DNA from: an uncultured Clostridia bacterium
Lineage (GTDB): Bacteria; Bacillota; Clostridia; DUPQ01
NCBI GenBank assembly: GCA_963766335.1
Contig: CAVXZA010000002.1
Coordinates: forward strand, 706,254 to 770,253
Reading direction: 5' to 3'
Length of the DNA: 64,000 nucleotides
Shown here: one piece after another, positions 28,157-37,575 of the stretch
Layout of the letters: every line of letters starts with the position of its first letter
Position numbering within the stretch: the stretch's first letter is position 1
Translations under genes and position numbers: made by a program
Notes under the pieces: generated by a model
What the model saw: the letters and a program-made list of their open reading frames with translations, nothing else
The model's database searches: none
What the model was told of the DNA's origin: nothing

Positions 28157-31100
28157 TTATTCAGCAAGCTTTTTATAGCTGTTATAACGTTCCTTTGCCT
28201 CTTTTTCGGTTTTCACGAAGAGTTCTTTTGCCCTTTCGGGGAATGACCTTGTAAGCGATGAGTAACGGTTTTCACTCATGAGAAATTCCTGGAAGTCAGC
28301 AGTGGGTTCTTTGGAATCGAGTGAGAATGGATTCTTACCTTCTTCTTTGAGAACGGGGTTGAACCTGTACATATGCCAATAACCTGCTTCAACAGCTTTC
28401 TTTTCCTGGAGTTGTGCGCAACCCATGCCTGCTCTGATTCCGTGGTTGATACAAGGAGAATAAGCAATTATAAGTGAAGGACCGTGATAGCTTTCGGCTT
28501 CTTTTACGGCTTTAATGAACTGTGCTTGGTTTGCACCTTGTGCAACCTGAGCTACATATACATAGCCATATGACATTGCCATCATTCCGAGGTCTTTCTT
28601 CTTGATCGGCTTACCGGCAGCAGCGAATTTTGCAACTGAACCGGTTGGTGTAGCTTTGGAAGCCTGCCCGCCTGTATTTGAGTAAACTTCCGTGTCGAAT
28701 ACGAGAACATTAACATCTTCGCCGGAAGCGAGTACATGGTCAAGTCCGCCGTAGCCGATGTCATAAGCCCATCCGTCACCACCGACAATCCACTGTGAAC
28801 GTTTAACCATGAAACCTTCTTTTTCAATAAGTTCATCTACGATTGCTTGTGTCGCATCATCATTCTTGCAATCGCCTGAGCAAGTTGTGAGCGCTGACAT
28901 AAGCTTGTCTTTAGCGGCTCTTGTTGTTTCGCCGTCATAACGGGAATCAAGCCATCCTTGTGCTGCTTCTTTGAGGCATTCACATGCAGTTCCTTCAACA
29001 AGCGATGTACAAAGATCTGCAATCCTGTCTCTCATCTGTTCGGCTGCGAGATGCATTCCAAATCCGTATTCGGCATTATCTTCAAACAGTGAATTGGCCC
29101 ATGCAGGTCCGCATTCATTTTCATCAGTTGTGAATGGTGTTGCAGGTGCGCTTCCGCCCCAGATTGAAGAACAACCAGTTGCATTAGCAATCATCATTCT
29201 GTCCCCATAAAGCTGTGTGACAAGTTTCAGATAAGGGGTTTCGCCGCATCCTGCGCATGCGCCGGAAAATTCGAAGTAAGGCATTTCAAACTGGCTTCCC
29301 TTAACGGTATATTTATTCATTGGATTAGGCTTCTTACTTACTGTAAGCGAGTAATTCCATTTTTCAATTTGATCGTGCTGTGATTCCTGTGGTTGCATAA
29401 TGAGAGATTTTTCCTTGGAAGGACAAACCTGAGCGCAGTTTCCGCAGCCGGTACAATCAAGAGGTGAAATCTGAATTCTAAAAGTAGTTCCTTCAAGTCC
29501 CTTGCCAATAGCTTTTTTAGTAGTAAATCCTTCAGGTGCTGCAGCAAGTTCTTCTTCACTTACAAGAACCGGCCTGATTACCGCATGAGGACAAACATAA
29601 GCACACTGGTTACACTGTATGCAGTTGTCAATCTGCCATTCCGGCACGTTAACCGCGATGCCGCGTTTTTCATACTGCGTGGTACCCTGTGGGAATGTTC
29701 CGTCTTCTCTGTTTAGGAATGTGCTGACAGGAAGAGTGTCGCCTTTTTGCGCATTCATGACATTAGCAACATTCTGGACAAAATCAGGGATTTCATAATC
29801 AGCTTCAGTTTCATCTTCAACAGCGGTTTTCCAGCTTTTAGGAACTTTAATTTCAACAATTTTGCCAACGCCCTGGTCAACGGCTTCATTGTTCATATTA
29901 ACGATTTTTTCGCCCTTCTTACCGTAAGAATAAACAATCGCATCCTTCATATACTTAATGGCATCATCCATTGGTATAACCTTGGACAGTTTGAAGAAGG
30001 CTGACATCATTACCATGTTGATTCTTCCGCCAAGGCCTATGCTCTCAGCAATATGAACAGCGTCAATTGTATAAAGTTTAATATCATTATTGGCAATGTA
30101 CTGTTTCATTGCTGCGGGAAGATGTGTATTCAGGTCTTCAGCCGACCATCCTGTGTTTAGAAGGAAAGTTCCGCCGGGCTTAACGTCCTGAACCATATCA
30201 TACTTATCTACATATGAAGGCTGGTGGCATGCTACAAAATCGGCCCTGCTTATAAGATAAGTTGATTTAATTGGTTTTTTGCCAAATCTCAGGTGGGATA
30301 CAGTGATGCCGCCGGACTTCTTGGAGTCATATGAGAAATATGCCTGGGCATACATGTCGGTATGGTCGCCGATGATTTTAATTGTGTTTTTATTTGCTCC
30401 GACTGTTCCGTCAGAACCAAGTCCCCAGAACTTACAGGCAACCGTGCCTTCGGGTGAAGCATCGAAATGGTCGCCGAGTGGCAGTGAAAGATGCGTAACA
30501 TCATCATTGATTCCTATAGTGAAGCCATTCTTTGGAACATCTGCGTTAAGATTTTCAAATACTGCAACAATCTGTTCGGGAGTTGTGTCTTTTGAACCGA
30601 GTCCGTATCGTCCGCCAATGATTAAAGGAGACTTTTCGCTGTCATAATATGCAGATTTCACATCAACATAAAGAGGTTCACCGACTGATCCGGGTTCTTT
30701 AGTTCGGTCAAGAGTTGCGATTTTAGTTACTGTATCAGGAATGGCTGCCATCATATGTTTAATTGAGAATGGTCTATAGAGCCTTACTTTAAGGAGACCG
30801 ACTTTTTCGCCGTTTTCAACCATGCGATTAACGGTTTCTTCAATAGTGTCGCATACGGAACCCATAGCGATGATAAGCCTTTTGGCATCCGGTGCGCCGA
30901 TATAATCAAAGAGATTATAGGTTCTGCCGGTTATCTTGCTGATTTCTTTCATATACTTCTCTACGATTTCGGGAACAACATCATAATACTTATTTGCTGA
31001 TTCTCTAGCTTGGAAGAATATGTCCGGATTCTGAGCGGTTCCCCTAAGCACAGGATGATCGGGATTAAGTGCATTGGCCCTGAATTCTTTTATTGCATCG

Positions 31101-31690
31101 TAGCTTACTAGGTTTTTAAGGTCGTCATAGTCCATAACTTCGATTTTCTGGAATTCATGTGAAGTCCTGAAACCATCAAAGAAATGAACAAAGGGAACCC
31201 TGGATTCGATTGCTGCAAGATGTGCGATTCCGCCGAGATCCATAACTTCCTGTACGCCTCCGGATGCTAAAAGTGCAAAACCAGTCTGGCGTGTAGCCAT
31301 TACATCGGAATGATCTCCGAAAATTGAAAGCGCGTGGCTCGCTACTGCACGTGCGCTGACGTGGAATACGCCGGGAAGAAGTTCCCCTGATATTTTGTAC
31401 ATGTTCGGGATCATCAGAAGAAGTCCCTGTGAAGCTGTAAATGTAGTGGTAAGTGCTCCGCCCTGCAGTGAGCCGTGAACTGTTCCCGCGGCACCTGCCT
31501 CAGACTGCATTTCAACGACTTTAACTTCCTGGCCGAATATATTTTTACGGCCATTGGCCGCCCATTCGTCCACAAATTCCGCCATGTCGGATGAAGGCGT
31601 AATCGGATAAATGCCGGCGACTTCGGTAAACGCATATGCTACATGAGAAGCGGCATTATTTCCGTTCATGGTTTTAAAAACCTTACTCAT
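28157..31690 (-). CDS. nifJ: Pyruvate:ferredoxin (flavodoxin) oxidoreductase, homodimeric PFOR/NifJ type
   Basis: 1177 aa; N-terminus MSKVFKTMNGNNAASHVAYAFTEVAGIYPITPSS, two ferredoxin CxxCxxCxxxCP motifs mid-protein, TPP-binding C-terminal domain; start at ATG with GGAGAAACAAA SD (ORF extends further upstream). Confidence 0.9.
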   Translation of the reverse strand: MSKVFKTMNGNNAASHVAYAFTEVAGIYPITPSSDMAEFVDEWAANGRKNIFGQEVKVVEMQSEAGAAGTVHGSLQGGALTTTFTASQGLLLMIPNMYKISGELLPGVFHVSARAVASHALSIFGDHSDVMATRQTGFALLASGGVQEVMDLGGIAHLAAIESRVPFVHFFDGFRTSHEFQKIEVMDYDDLKNLVSYDAIKEFRANALNPDHPVLRGTAQNPDIFFQARESANKYYDVVPEIVEKYMKEISKITGRTYNLFDYIGAPDAKRLIIAMGSVCDTIEETVNRMVENGEKVGLLKVRLYRPFSIKHMMAAIPDTVTKIATLDRTKEPGSVGEPLYVDVKSAYYDSEKSPLIIGGRYGLGSKDTTPEQIVAVFENLNADVPKNGFTIGINDDVTHLSLPLGDHFDASPEGTVACKFWGLGSDGTVGANKNTIKIIGDHTDMYAQAYFSYDSKKSGGITVSHLRFGKKPIKSTYLISRADFVACHQPSYVDKYDMVQDVKPGGTFLLNTGWSAEDLNTHLPAAMKQYIANNDIKLYTIDAVHIAESIGLGGRINMVMMSAFFKLSKVIPMDDAIKYMKDAIVYSYGKKGEKIVNMNNEAVDQGVGKIVEIKVPKSWKTAVEDETEADYEIPDFVQNVANVMNAQKGDTLPVSTFLNREDGTFPQGTTQYEKRGIAVNVPEWQIDNCIQCNQCAYVCPHAVIRPVLVSEEELAAAPEGFTTKKAIGKGLEGTTFRIQISPLDCTGCGNCAQVCPSKEKSLIMQPQESQHDQIEKWNYSLTVSKKPNPMNKYTVKGSQFEMPYFEFSGACAGCGETPYLKLVTQLYGDRMMIANATGCSSIWGGSAPATPFTTDENECGPAWANSLFEDNAEYGFGMHLAAEQMRDRIADLCTSLVEGTACECLKEAAQGWLDSRYDGETTRAAKDKLMSALTTCSGDCKNDDATQAIVDELIEKEGFMVKRSQWIVGGDGWAYDIGYGGLDHVLASGEDVNVLVFDTEVYSNTGGQASKATPTGSVAKFAAAGKPIKKKDLGMMAMSYGYVYVAQVAQGANQAQFIKAVKEAESYHGPSLIIAYSPCINHGIRAGMGCAQLQEKKAVEAGYWHMYRFNPVLKEEGKNPFSLDSKEPTADFQEFLMSENRYSSLTRSFPERAKELFVKTEKEAKERYNSYKKLAE

Positions 31691-32015
31691 TTTGTTTCTC
31701 CTTTTCTTAATTCCTATGTAACGGCGAACGCATAAAAACGCGCACCTAATTATAGCCACTCAGTATTCTATCACAATTATATATTATATGTTCCTTGTTA
31801 TATAGATTTTTTAGTTATTTCTGCTAAATCTGCATTAAATTGCAGTTCTATATCACGTTAAAATAAAATTTCAATTTTTCATAAATAATTTTTGGAAATT
31901 AATGATACAAAAATAAGAGAAATATCCCACGGACAATTTTTGCCTTGGGTTTATAAAAAACAGGTATGCTGATATAATACAAGCGAAAGAACAACATAAG
32001 ATTAAAGGTGATAAA

Positions 32016-34496
32016 ATGAAAAAGTTCATAAAAATATTTTTAATCGTACTAGCTGCGTCGTTAATATTATCGTCATGTAAAATAAAAAACAGCACAGAAT
32101 CGCCGGGACCATCGGAATCTCCCGGAAATCCCATTGGATCCCAGACTCCCCAGCCGGCAAAACCGTGGGAAGAAATGTGGTCTGTGCCGGTTTATGAAAC
32201 AACCTCTATCCAAGATTTACAGGACTACCTTGAAATCCTACTTGCCCAATATCCCGGCCGGTATGGATTATCGTTTATTGATTTACTCACAAATCAGAAA
32301 ATCAAAATCAGAGATAATGAAAAATACATTTCCGCTGATTCAATATCAGTTCCGGTTAATCTTTGTTTATACAGTCTTATCGCAGATGAAAAAACAGGGT
32401 TGTCAGAGCAGATGGAAGTCCTGCAGACTGATAAAATCGGGGGGACGGGAGATATAAGCAATACACCGGCAGGCACCAAATTAACATTGGGAGAAATATC
32501 AGAGGCATCTCTGAAGCAAAATGATATGACTGCAGTTGCCATGCTGATACGTTATATAACGCCGGGAAAATTGGATGAGTATATCAGTACATTAGGAACA
32601 GAAAAAACAATAATACCCGAATACTCATCTCCTCAAGATATGTCTCTGATAATGAGTGAGATATTTAGACTTGAAAACATAAACCCGGGTATTTTTTCTG
32701 CCCTGACTGCAAACCTCCAGGCTGAGCAGCCGTTTATAGCTGCACCCCTGCCGCAGGATATTGACACAGCATCAAAAACCGGTATGTTCGGGGGAATCCC
32801 CTCATATAATGATTCGGCCATTATTTATGGTGATAAACCTTATGTCCTAAGCATGTTTTCTGAAAATGCCCTAAAAAGCGAGGCGGTAAATGTAATGGAA
32901 ACTGCTTCAAAGGCAGTGTTTAGTTTTGTAAATTACGGAAGGCTTCCGTTATTTGAATATCCGCTTAATGCAATGATTCCGGGGAAAGTGGTTGAATCAG
33001 CAATTCCGGATTCGGTGGATTATTTTGAAGAGATATTGGATGAAAGTAAAATAATAATGAATTATAGGGATACTGACACTATAATGTTTCCGGATTCAAA
33101 TGATTATGCCGGAGACTTGGGGCTAATAACATTCCGAGGAAACAACTACCGTGACGGAGGTGCCTTTGGAACAGCTAATATAACCGAGGAAAAACTTGAA
33201 ATAATCTGGGAGTTTGATATTGGCAGCATATCAACGCAATCCGGCGGTTACTGGCCGGGGGTAGGTTGGACCGGACAGCCCTCGATTGTAGCCTGGCCGG
33301 AAGATATACAGGCAATCATGAATATTAAGGACGAATTAAAAGGACCAGATTTAAAAGAAGTCATTTATGCCTCTCTTGACGGGAATATATATTTCAGCGA
33401 CTTAGCCACCGGTGAATGGACGAGAGAACCAATCCACATCGGATACCCAACCAAGGGAAGCGTATCAATGGATCCGAGAGGATATCCGCTTCTTTATACC
33501 GGGCAGGGCATCGGTGAAAACGGCTACGAGACATTGACTCCGGCTTACAGAATATTCAGCCTTATTGACCAGACGCTCCTGTACGAAATCGGAGGAGGAG
33601 ACCCCGACTCACTTCGGTACTGGCCGAACTTTGATTCGTCGGGAATACTGGACATCGAAAATGATACATTCTATGAGGCTGGTGAAAACGGTATAATTTA
33701 CAAAATAAAACTAAACACAGATTTTGACAAAGATGCCGGCACAATAACGGTTAATCCCAAGTTGACCAAGTACAGGTACCTTAATCCATTCGGAGACAGA
33801 ATCGGTATTGAAAGTTCTCCGGCAATCTATAAAAATCTTATGTATTGCGCTGATAACAACGGTATGGTAATGTGCATCAACCTAAACACAATGAAGGCTG
33901 AATGGGTAGTTCCTACATATGATGATACAGATGCCTCGCCGGTTCTTGAGGTAACAGACGATGGTGTTTTCCTATACACTGGAAATGAAGTTGATATGAG
34001 CGGTGAATTCGGCGACAAGGAAGATAAGATTTATGATTCCACTATATCTAAATTCAATGCTTTGACCGGAAAGTTAATATGGGAAGTAAAATACCCCTGC
34101 ATGTATAATTCAGTTATCAACGGCGGAGTTCTCGGAACCCCTGTAATGGGCAAAAACGACATATCGAACCTCGTCATATTCGGACTGGCTAAAAACGGCG
34201 GGGAATACATGGGAAGATTAGTTGCCTTGGACAAAGTAACCGGGGAAGAAGTTTGGGCAATCGATTCCGAAGCTTATAGCTGGAGTTCTCCGACTGCGGT
34301 TTATACCCCGGAGGGCAAATCCTATATCTTATACTGCAACTTTGCAGGCAATATGTACCTGATTGAAGGAACTACCGGCAAGATACTTGACAGGGTGTCG
34401 CTTGGGGCAAATATAGAGGGAACTCCCGGAGTATTCAATGATATGGCTGTCATTGGATCGTATGCAAAGAAAATCTTTGGAGTTAAGATTAAATAG
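32016..34496 (+). CDS. Large lipoprotein with an N-terminal class-A beta-lactamase-like (serine-hydrolase fold) domain fused to a C-terminal PQQ-like beta-propeller. The active site of the N-terminal domain is degenerate.
   Basis: lipobox LILSSC; KTG box (SKTGMFGG) present but no SxxK (ISADSIS) and SDN replaced by QND; C-terminal repeats DGNIYFSD/ATGEW, NGMVMCINLNT/AEW, LTGKLIWEV, KVTGEEVWAI, TGKILDRV typical of PQQ/BamB-like propeller blades. Confidence 0.55.
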   Translation: MKKFIKIFLIVLAASLILSSCKIKNSTESPGPSESPGNPIGSQTPQPAKPWEEMWSVPVYETTSIQDLQDYLEILLAQYPGRYGLSFIDLLTNQKIKIRDNEKYISADSISVPVNLCLYSLIADEKTGLSEQMEVLQTDKIGGTGDISNTPAGTKLTLGEISEASLKQNDMTAVAMLIRYITPGKLDEYISTLGTEKTIIPEYSSPQDMSLIMSEIFRLENINPGIFSALTANLQAEQPFIAAPLPQDIDTASKTGMFGGIPSYNDSAIIYGDKPYVLSMFSENALKSEAVNVMETASKAVFSFVNYGRLPLFEYPLNAMIPGKVVESAIPDSVDYFEEILDESKIIMNYRDTDTIMFPDSNDYAGDLGLITFRGNNYRDGGAFGTANITEEKLEIIWEFDIGSISTQSGGYWPGVGWTGQPSIVAWPEDIQAIMNIKDELKGPDLKEVIYASLDGNIYFSDLATGEWTREPIHIGYPTKGSVSMDPRGYPLLYTGQGIGENGYETLTPAYRIFSLIDQTLLYEIGGGDPDSLRYWPNFDSSGILDIENDTFYEAGENGIIYKIKLNTDFDKDAGTITVNPKLTKYRYLNPFGDRIGIESSPAIYKNLMYCADNNGMVMCINLNTMKAEWVVPTYDDTDASPVLEVTDDGVFLYTGNEVDMSGEFGDKEDKIYDSTISKFNALTGKLIWEVKYPCMYNSVINGGVLGTPVMGKNDISNLVIFGLAKNGGEYMGRLVALDKVTGEEVWAIDSEAYSWSSPTAVYTPEGKSYILYCNFAGNMYLIEGTTGKILDRVSLGANIEGTPGVFNDMAVIGSYAKKIFGVKIK

Positions 34497-34537
34497 AACA
34501 AACCAAACAAATTATGAATATTTGACATAAAAATTAG

Positions 34538-34562
34538 AAAAGCCGTGAAAACGGCTTTTTTA
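34538..34562 (+). terminator. Rho-independent terminator (AAAAGCCGT-gaaa-ACGGCTTTTTT)
   Basis: hairpin + T6 after lipoprotein stop. Confidence 0.8.
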
Positions 34563-34632
34563 AACTATTCCAGTCATAATTCTGCCATATTTTTATTGCA
34601 CAATTAAATGTAGAAACTTCAAAGGAGGAGTT

Positions 34633-34818
34633 GTGATGTATATATTCTTTCTGATATTACTTGGGATTGGGGCGTATTTATTGTTATATAACAAGGGTTC
34701 GGCTGCAATAAAACTTCCCAATAGGAAAAGTGCGGGAGAGATACTCGATGAACGGTTTGTAAATGGTGAAATCGACGAAGAAACATATAAAAAAATGAAA
34801 ATCGCCTTAAATGGCTAG
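34633..34818 (+). CDS. Small membrane protein with SHOCT domain
   Basis: 61 aa; one TM then ILDERFVNGEIDEETYKKMK matching SHOCT (short C-terminal domain) consensus; GGAGG SD. Confidence 0.55.
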   Translation: MMYIFFLILLGIGAYLLLYNKGSAAIKLPNRKSAGEILDERFVNGEIDEETYKKMKIALNG

Positions 34819-34830
34819 GAGGAAGAGATT

Positions 34831-35082
34831 ATGATGCATAGTAGATATTTTATTGGCAATGGGAGTTGCTTTGGAGCAGGAAATTTCGGTGGAATCTGGG
34901 GCTGGCTGATTGTAATTGGGGTTGCCATGCTGATTACCGCTGCTATATATTTATTGGTAAGCAAGAATAAAAAAACAACAGTAAATGCAAGCGCATTTGC
35001 AACACTAGATACTAAATTCGCACAGGGCGATATTACCATTGAAGAGTATCAAAAGCGTAAAAATGTTTTAAAAGGAAAGTAG
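34831..35082 (+). CDS. Small membrane protein with SHOCT domain (paralogue)
   Basis: 83 aa; TM then LDTKFAQGDITIEEYQKRKNVL; GGAGG SD. Confidence 0.55.
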   Translation: MMHSRYFIGNGSCFGAGNFGGIWGWLIVIGVAMLITAAIYLLVSKNKKTTVNASAFATLDTKFAQGDITIEEYQKRKNVLKGK

Positions 35083-35090
35083 GAAATAAT

Positions 35091-35336
35091 ATGAGAACAG
35101 CTATGAAAATTGTATTGGTATTGGCATTTATACTAATTTTAACAGGGATTGCCGGTAGTGTGTTTTCCTTTGTACAGACGACACATAAAGAGGGGTTGGA
35201 TGAATCGTTTTATATCAGAAGCGGAATGATGGGCGAATCGCATTATACCAGAAGCGGAAAGGTTAATGATTATCGAGAGTTTTGCTATGATGAGCTAGAT
35301 GAGAGTTGTCCGATAGAATCTCTGCCAATTCGATAA
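35091..35336 (+). CDS. Small membrane protein, unknown function
   Basis: 81 aa, N-terminal TM, GGAAATAATATG SD-like; no known motif. Confidence 0.4.
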   Translation: MRTAMKIVLVLAFILILTGIAGSVFSFVQTTHKEGLDESFYIRSGMMGESHYTRSGKVNDYREFCYDELDESCPIESLPIR

Positions 35337-35428
35337 CTTTAACCGAATTGGGAATAATATAAGTAAGAACAAAGCCTGAAGGCATAATATTAAAAATGTT
35401 TAAATAATTTGAATGGCCGGGTAACAGA

Positions 35429-36115
35429 GTGAAATACAATATCCTGGTGGTTGAAGACCAAATAGAAATCAGCAGCATAGTATCCAAATATCTTAATGCC
35501 GAAGGGTACAATAGCGTGTTGGCTTCAAATGGTTTTGAAGCACTTGAGATTTTCAATAAAACAAAATGCCACCTGGTCATTCTCGATATAATGATGCTGG
35601 GAATTGACGGTCTTGAAGTTCTAAGGGAGATTCGTTTATTGTCTGATATACCCGTAATAATGCTGACGGCCAGACAGGAAGAGGTTGATCGTCTTAAAGG
35701 ATTTGATTCAGGAGCGGATGACTATGTGATTAAGCCGTTCAGTGCCAGGGAGCTGATGAAACGCATAAAAGCAATATTGAAGAGAACTTATCGCGGTACA
35801 GATGAAATAATCTACAATTATGAAGAATTAAAATTGCATACTAAGGGTATGAAGTTATTCTCGGGTGACAGAGAAATAAGCCTGACATCCATTGAATTCA
35901 ATCTTTTGTTCACTTTCTTTAAAAATAAGGGACAGGTTTTGTCAAGAGAGCAACTTATTCGACTTTCCTTTGGTGGTGATTATGAAGGATACGATAGGAA
36001 TATAGACAGCTATATCAAAAGACTAAGACAGAAAATTGAAAAAGAACCCGGAAAGCCCCGGATTCTTAGGACGAAGTATAGTGCCGGGTATATTTTTGGA
36101 GGTGAGGAAACATGA
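35429..36115 (+). CDS. OmpR-family response regulator
   Basis: receiver domain (ILVVEDQ...DIMMLGIDG...KPF) + winged-helix C-terminal domain; GTG start. Confidence 0.8.
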   Translation: MKYNILVVEDQIEISSIVSKYLNAEGYNSVLASNGFEALEIFNKTKCHLVILDIMMLGIDGLEVLREIRLLSDIPVIMLTARQEEVDRLKGFDSGADDYVIKPFSARELMKRIKAILKRTYRGTDEIIYNYEELKLHTKGMKLFSGDREISLTSIEFNLLFTFFKNKGQVLSREQLIRLSFGGDYEGYDRNIDSYIKRLRQKIEKEPGKPRILRTKYSAGYIFGGEET

Positions 36116-37485
36116 CTATTAGAAAATTGTGGCTGATACTCCTCACCCTTGTTGCTGTTGTCTCCGTAATTATAAACGCAGCTGTTCTCAGCGTTTTGAC
36201 CAATAGATATTTCAAAGATTATTTAACAGAAAACTATGAAAATCATTTCAACCAGATTGTTGAATACTCAAAACAGGTGTTAAAAACAGAAGATTTATCC
36301 ATTGCCCAAATGAAGATTGAAATGGAAACACATTTGGATGATCCCATAATCCGTATTAAGTTATATGATGAAGAAGGCACAATTATTGTTGATGTAGGTG
36401 ATGACACCGGTACATTGCCAATGATGATGGGAGGCAGAATGATGCCGATGATGGGTTCCGGATATACGGTAGCGGATCAGGAAAGTGACAGTTATGAAAT
36501 TGTCGATGGAGGTAAAACAGTAGGATACCTTGCAATAACAAGATACAGTTCGATAACTGACTCTATCAATACCCGGCGCTTTAAAGCTTCACTTGTAATC
36601 AACAGCTTGTTTTCAACTATACTTGTAATAATTCTTGCAGTATTTATAGGAGTTTTTATCAGTAAACGAATGAGCAGGGATTTAATGAGCACGGCGAAGC
36701 TGGCCCAGGACATTTCACTTGGCACTGATACTGACATAAAAAAAACGAATATTGAAGAGATTAGGATAATACGACAAAGCCTGGAAGCTCTTAAAAATAG
36801 ATTGAAGCTTAAAAATAAGAGCAGGAAGATCCTTGTGGATGAACTTATCCATCAGACAAGAACGCCGCTTACTATATTGAAAACTCATTTGGAAGGATAT
36901 TCTGATAAAATTATAGAAATGACGCCAGAAGAAATAAAAGTTCTTGGGAACCAGATAGAAGATATTTCCTCAATAATCTCCAATATGAGTAACATTATTG
37001 ATACAGAAAAAGATGTTACAGTTATGAATATTGAGGAATTTGAACTAACCAGATTATTAAAGCAGATTGTAAACGGACTGAAAGTTCAATTCAGCAATAA
37101 AAAAATAGATTTAAACTTAATTTGTGAAGAAAAATCCACACTTAAAACAGACAGATATAAATTAAGCCAGTCAATATACAATGTTCTGACAAATGCATAT
37201 AAATTCACTGGAGAAAGCGGGTCAGTTACCATTGGCTGCTCGGTTGTCAACGGTCATGTCTTGATTGAAGTCAAAGATACAGGCATTGGGATGGATGAAG
37301 ACGAAACAGGTAGAATTTTCGACGCCTATTACAAAGGGAACAGCTTAAAAACGGGCGATGGCCTTGGATTATTCATAGCAAAAGAAAATCTAAACAAAAT
37401 TAATGGTTCAATCAAAGTAATATCAAAATCCGGCGAGGGAAGCACATTCACAATCAGTATTCCCATTGGGGATGTTAACGGATAA
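36112..37485 (+). CDS. Sensor histidine kinase (two TM segments, HisKA + HATPase_c)
   Basis: H-box HQTRTPLTIL, N/G boxes (NAYKFT, DTGIGM, GDGLGL); overlaps RR stop. Confidence 0.8.
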   Translation: MTIRKLWLILLTLVAVVSVIINAAVLSVLTNRYFKDYLTENYENHFNQIVEYSKQVLKTEDLSIAQMKIEMETHLDDPIIRIKLYDEEGTIIVDVGDDTGTLPMMMGGRMMPMMGSGYTVADQESDSYEIVDGGKTVGYLAITRYSSITDSINTRRFKASLVINSLFSTILVIILAVFIGVFISKRMSRDLMSTAKLAQDISLGTDTDIKKTNIEEIRIIRQSLEALKNRLKLKNKSRKILVDELIHQTRTPLTILKTHLEGYSDKIIEMTPEEIKVLGNQIEDISSIISNMSNIIDTEKDVTVMNIEEFELTRLLKQIVNGLKVQFSNKKIDLNLICEEKSTLKTDRYKLSQSIYNVLTNAYKFTGESGSVTIGCSVVNGHVLIEVKDTGIGMDEDETGRIFDAYYKGNSLKTGDGLGLFIAKENLNKINGSIKVISKSGEGSTFTISIPIGDVNG

Positions 37486-37575
37486 AATATTACTCGCTAC
37501 ATAGATCATCATTGACAGAGTTTTCTTTAACTATTATCATGGCAAATAAGTAACACAAAGTAACTGAGGAGAGAT

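Noticed and set aside
28971-30647. Several 60-125-aa ORFs on the plus strand inside the PFOR gene
   Set aside because: They are antisense to a strongly supported 1177-aa PFOR coding sequence. They have no SD or recognisable motifs and are typical spurious ORFs in a long gene.
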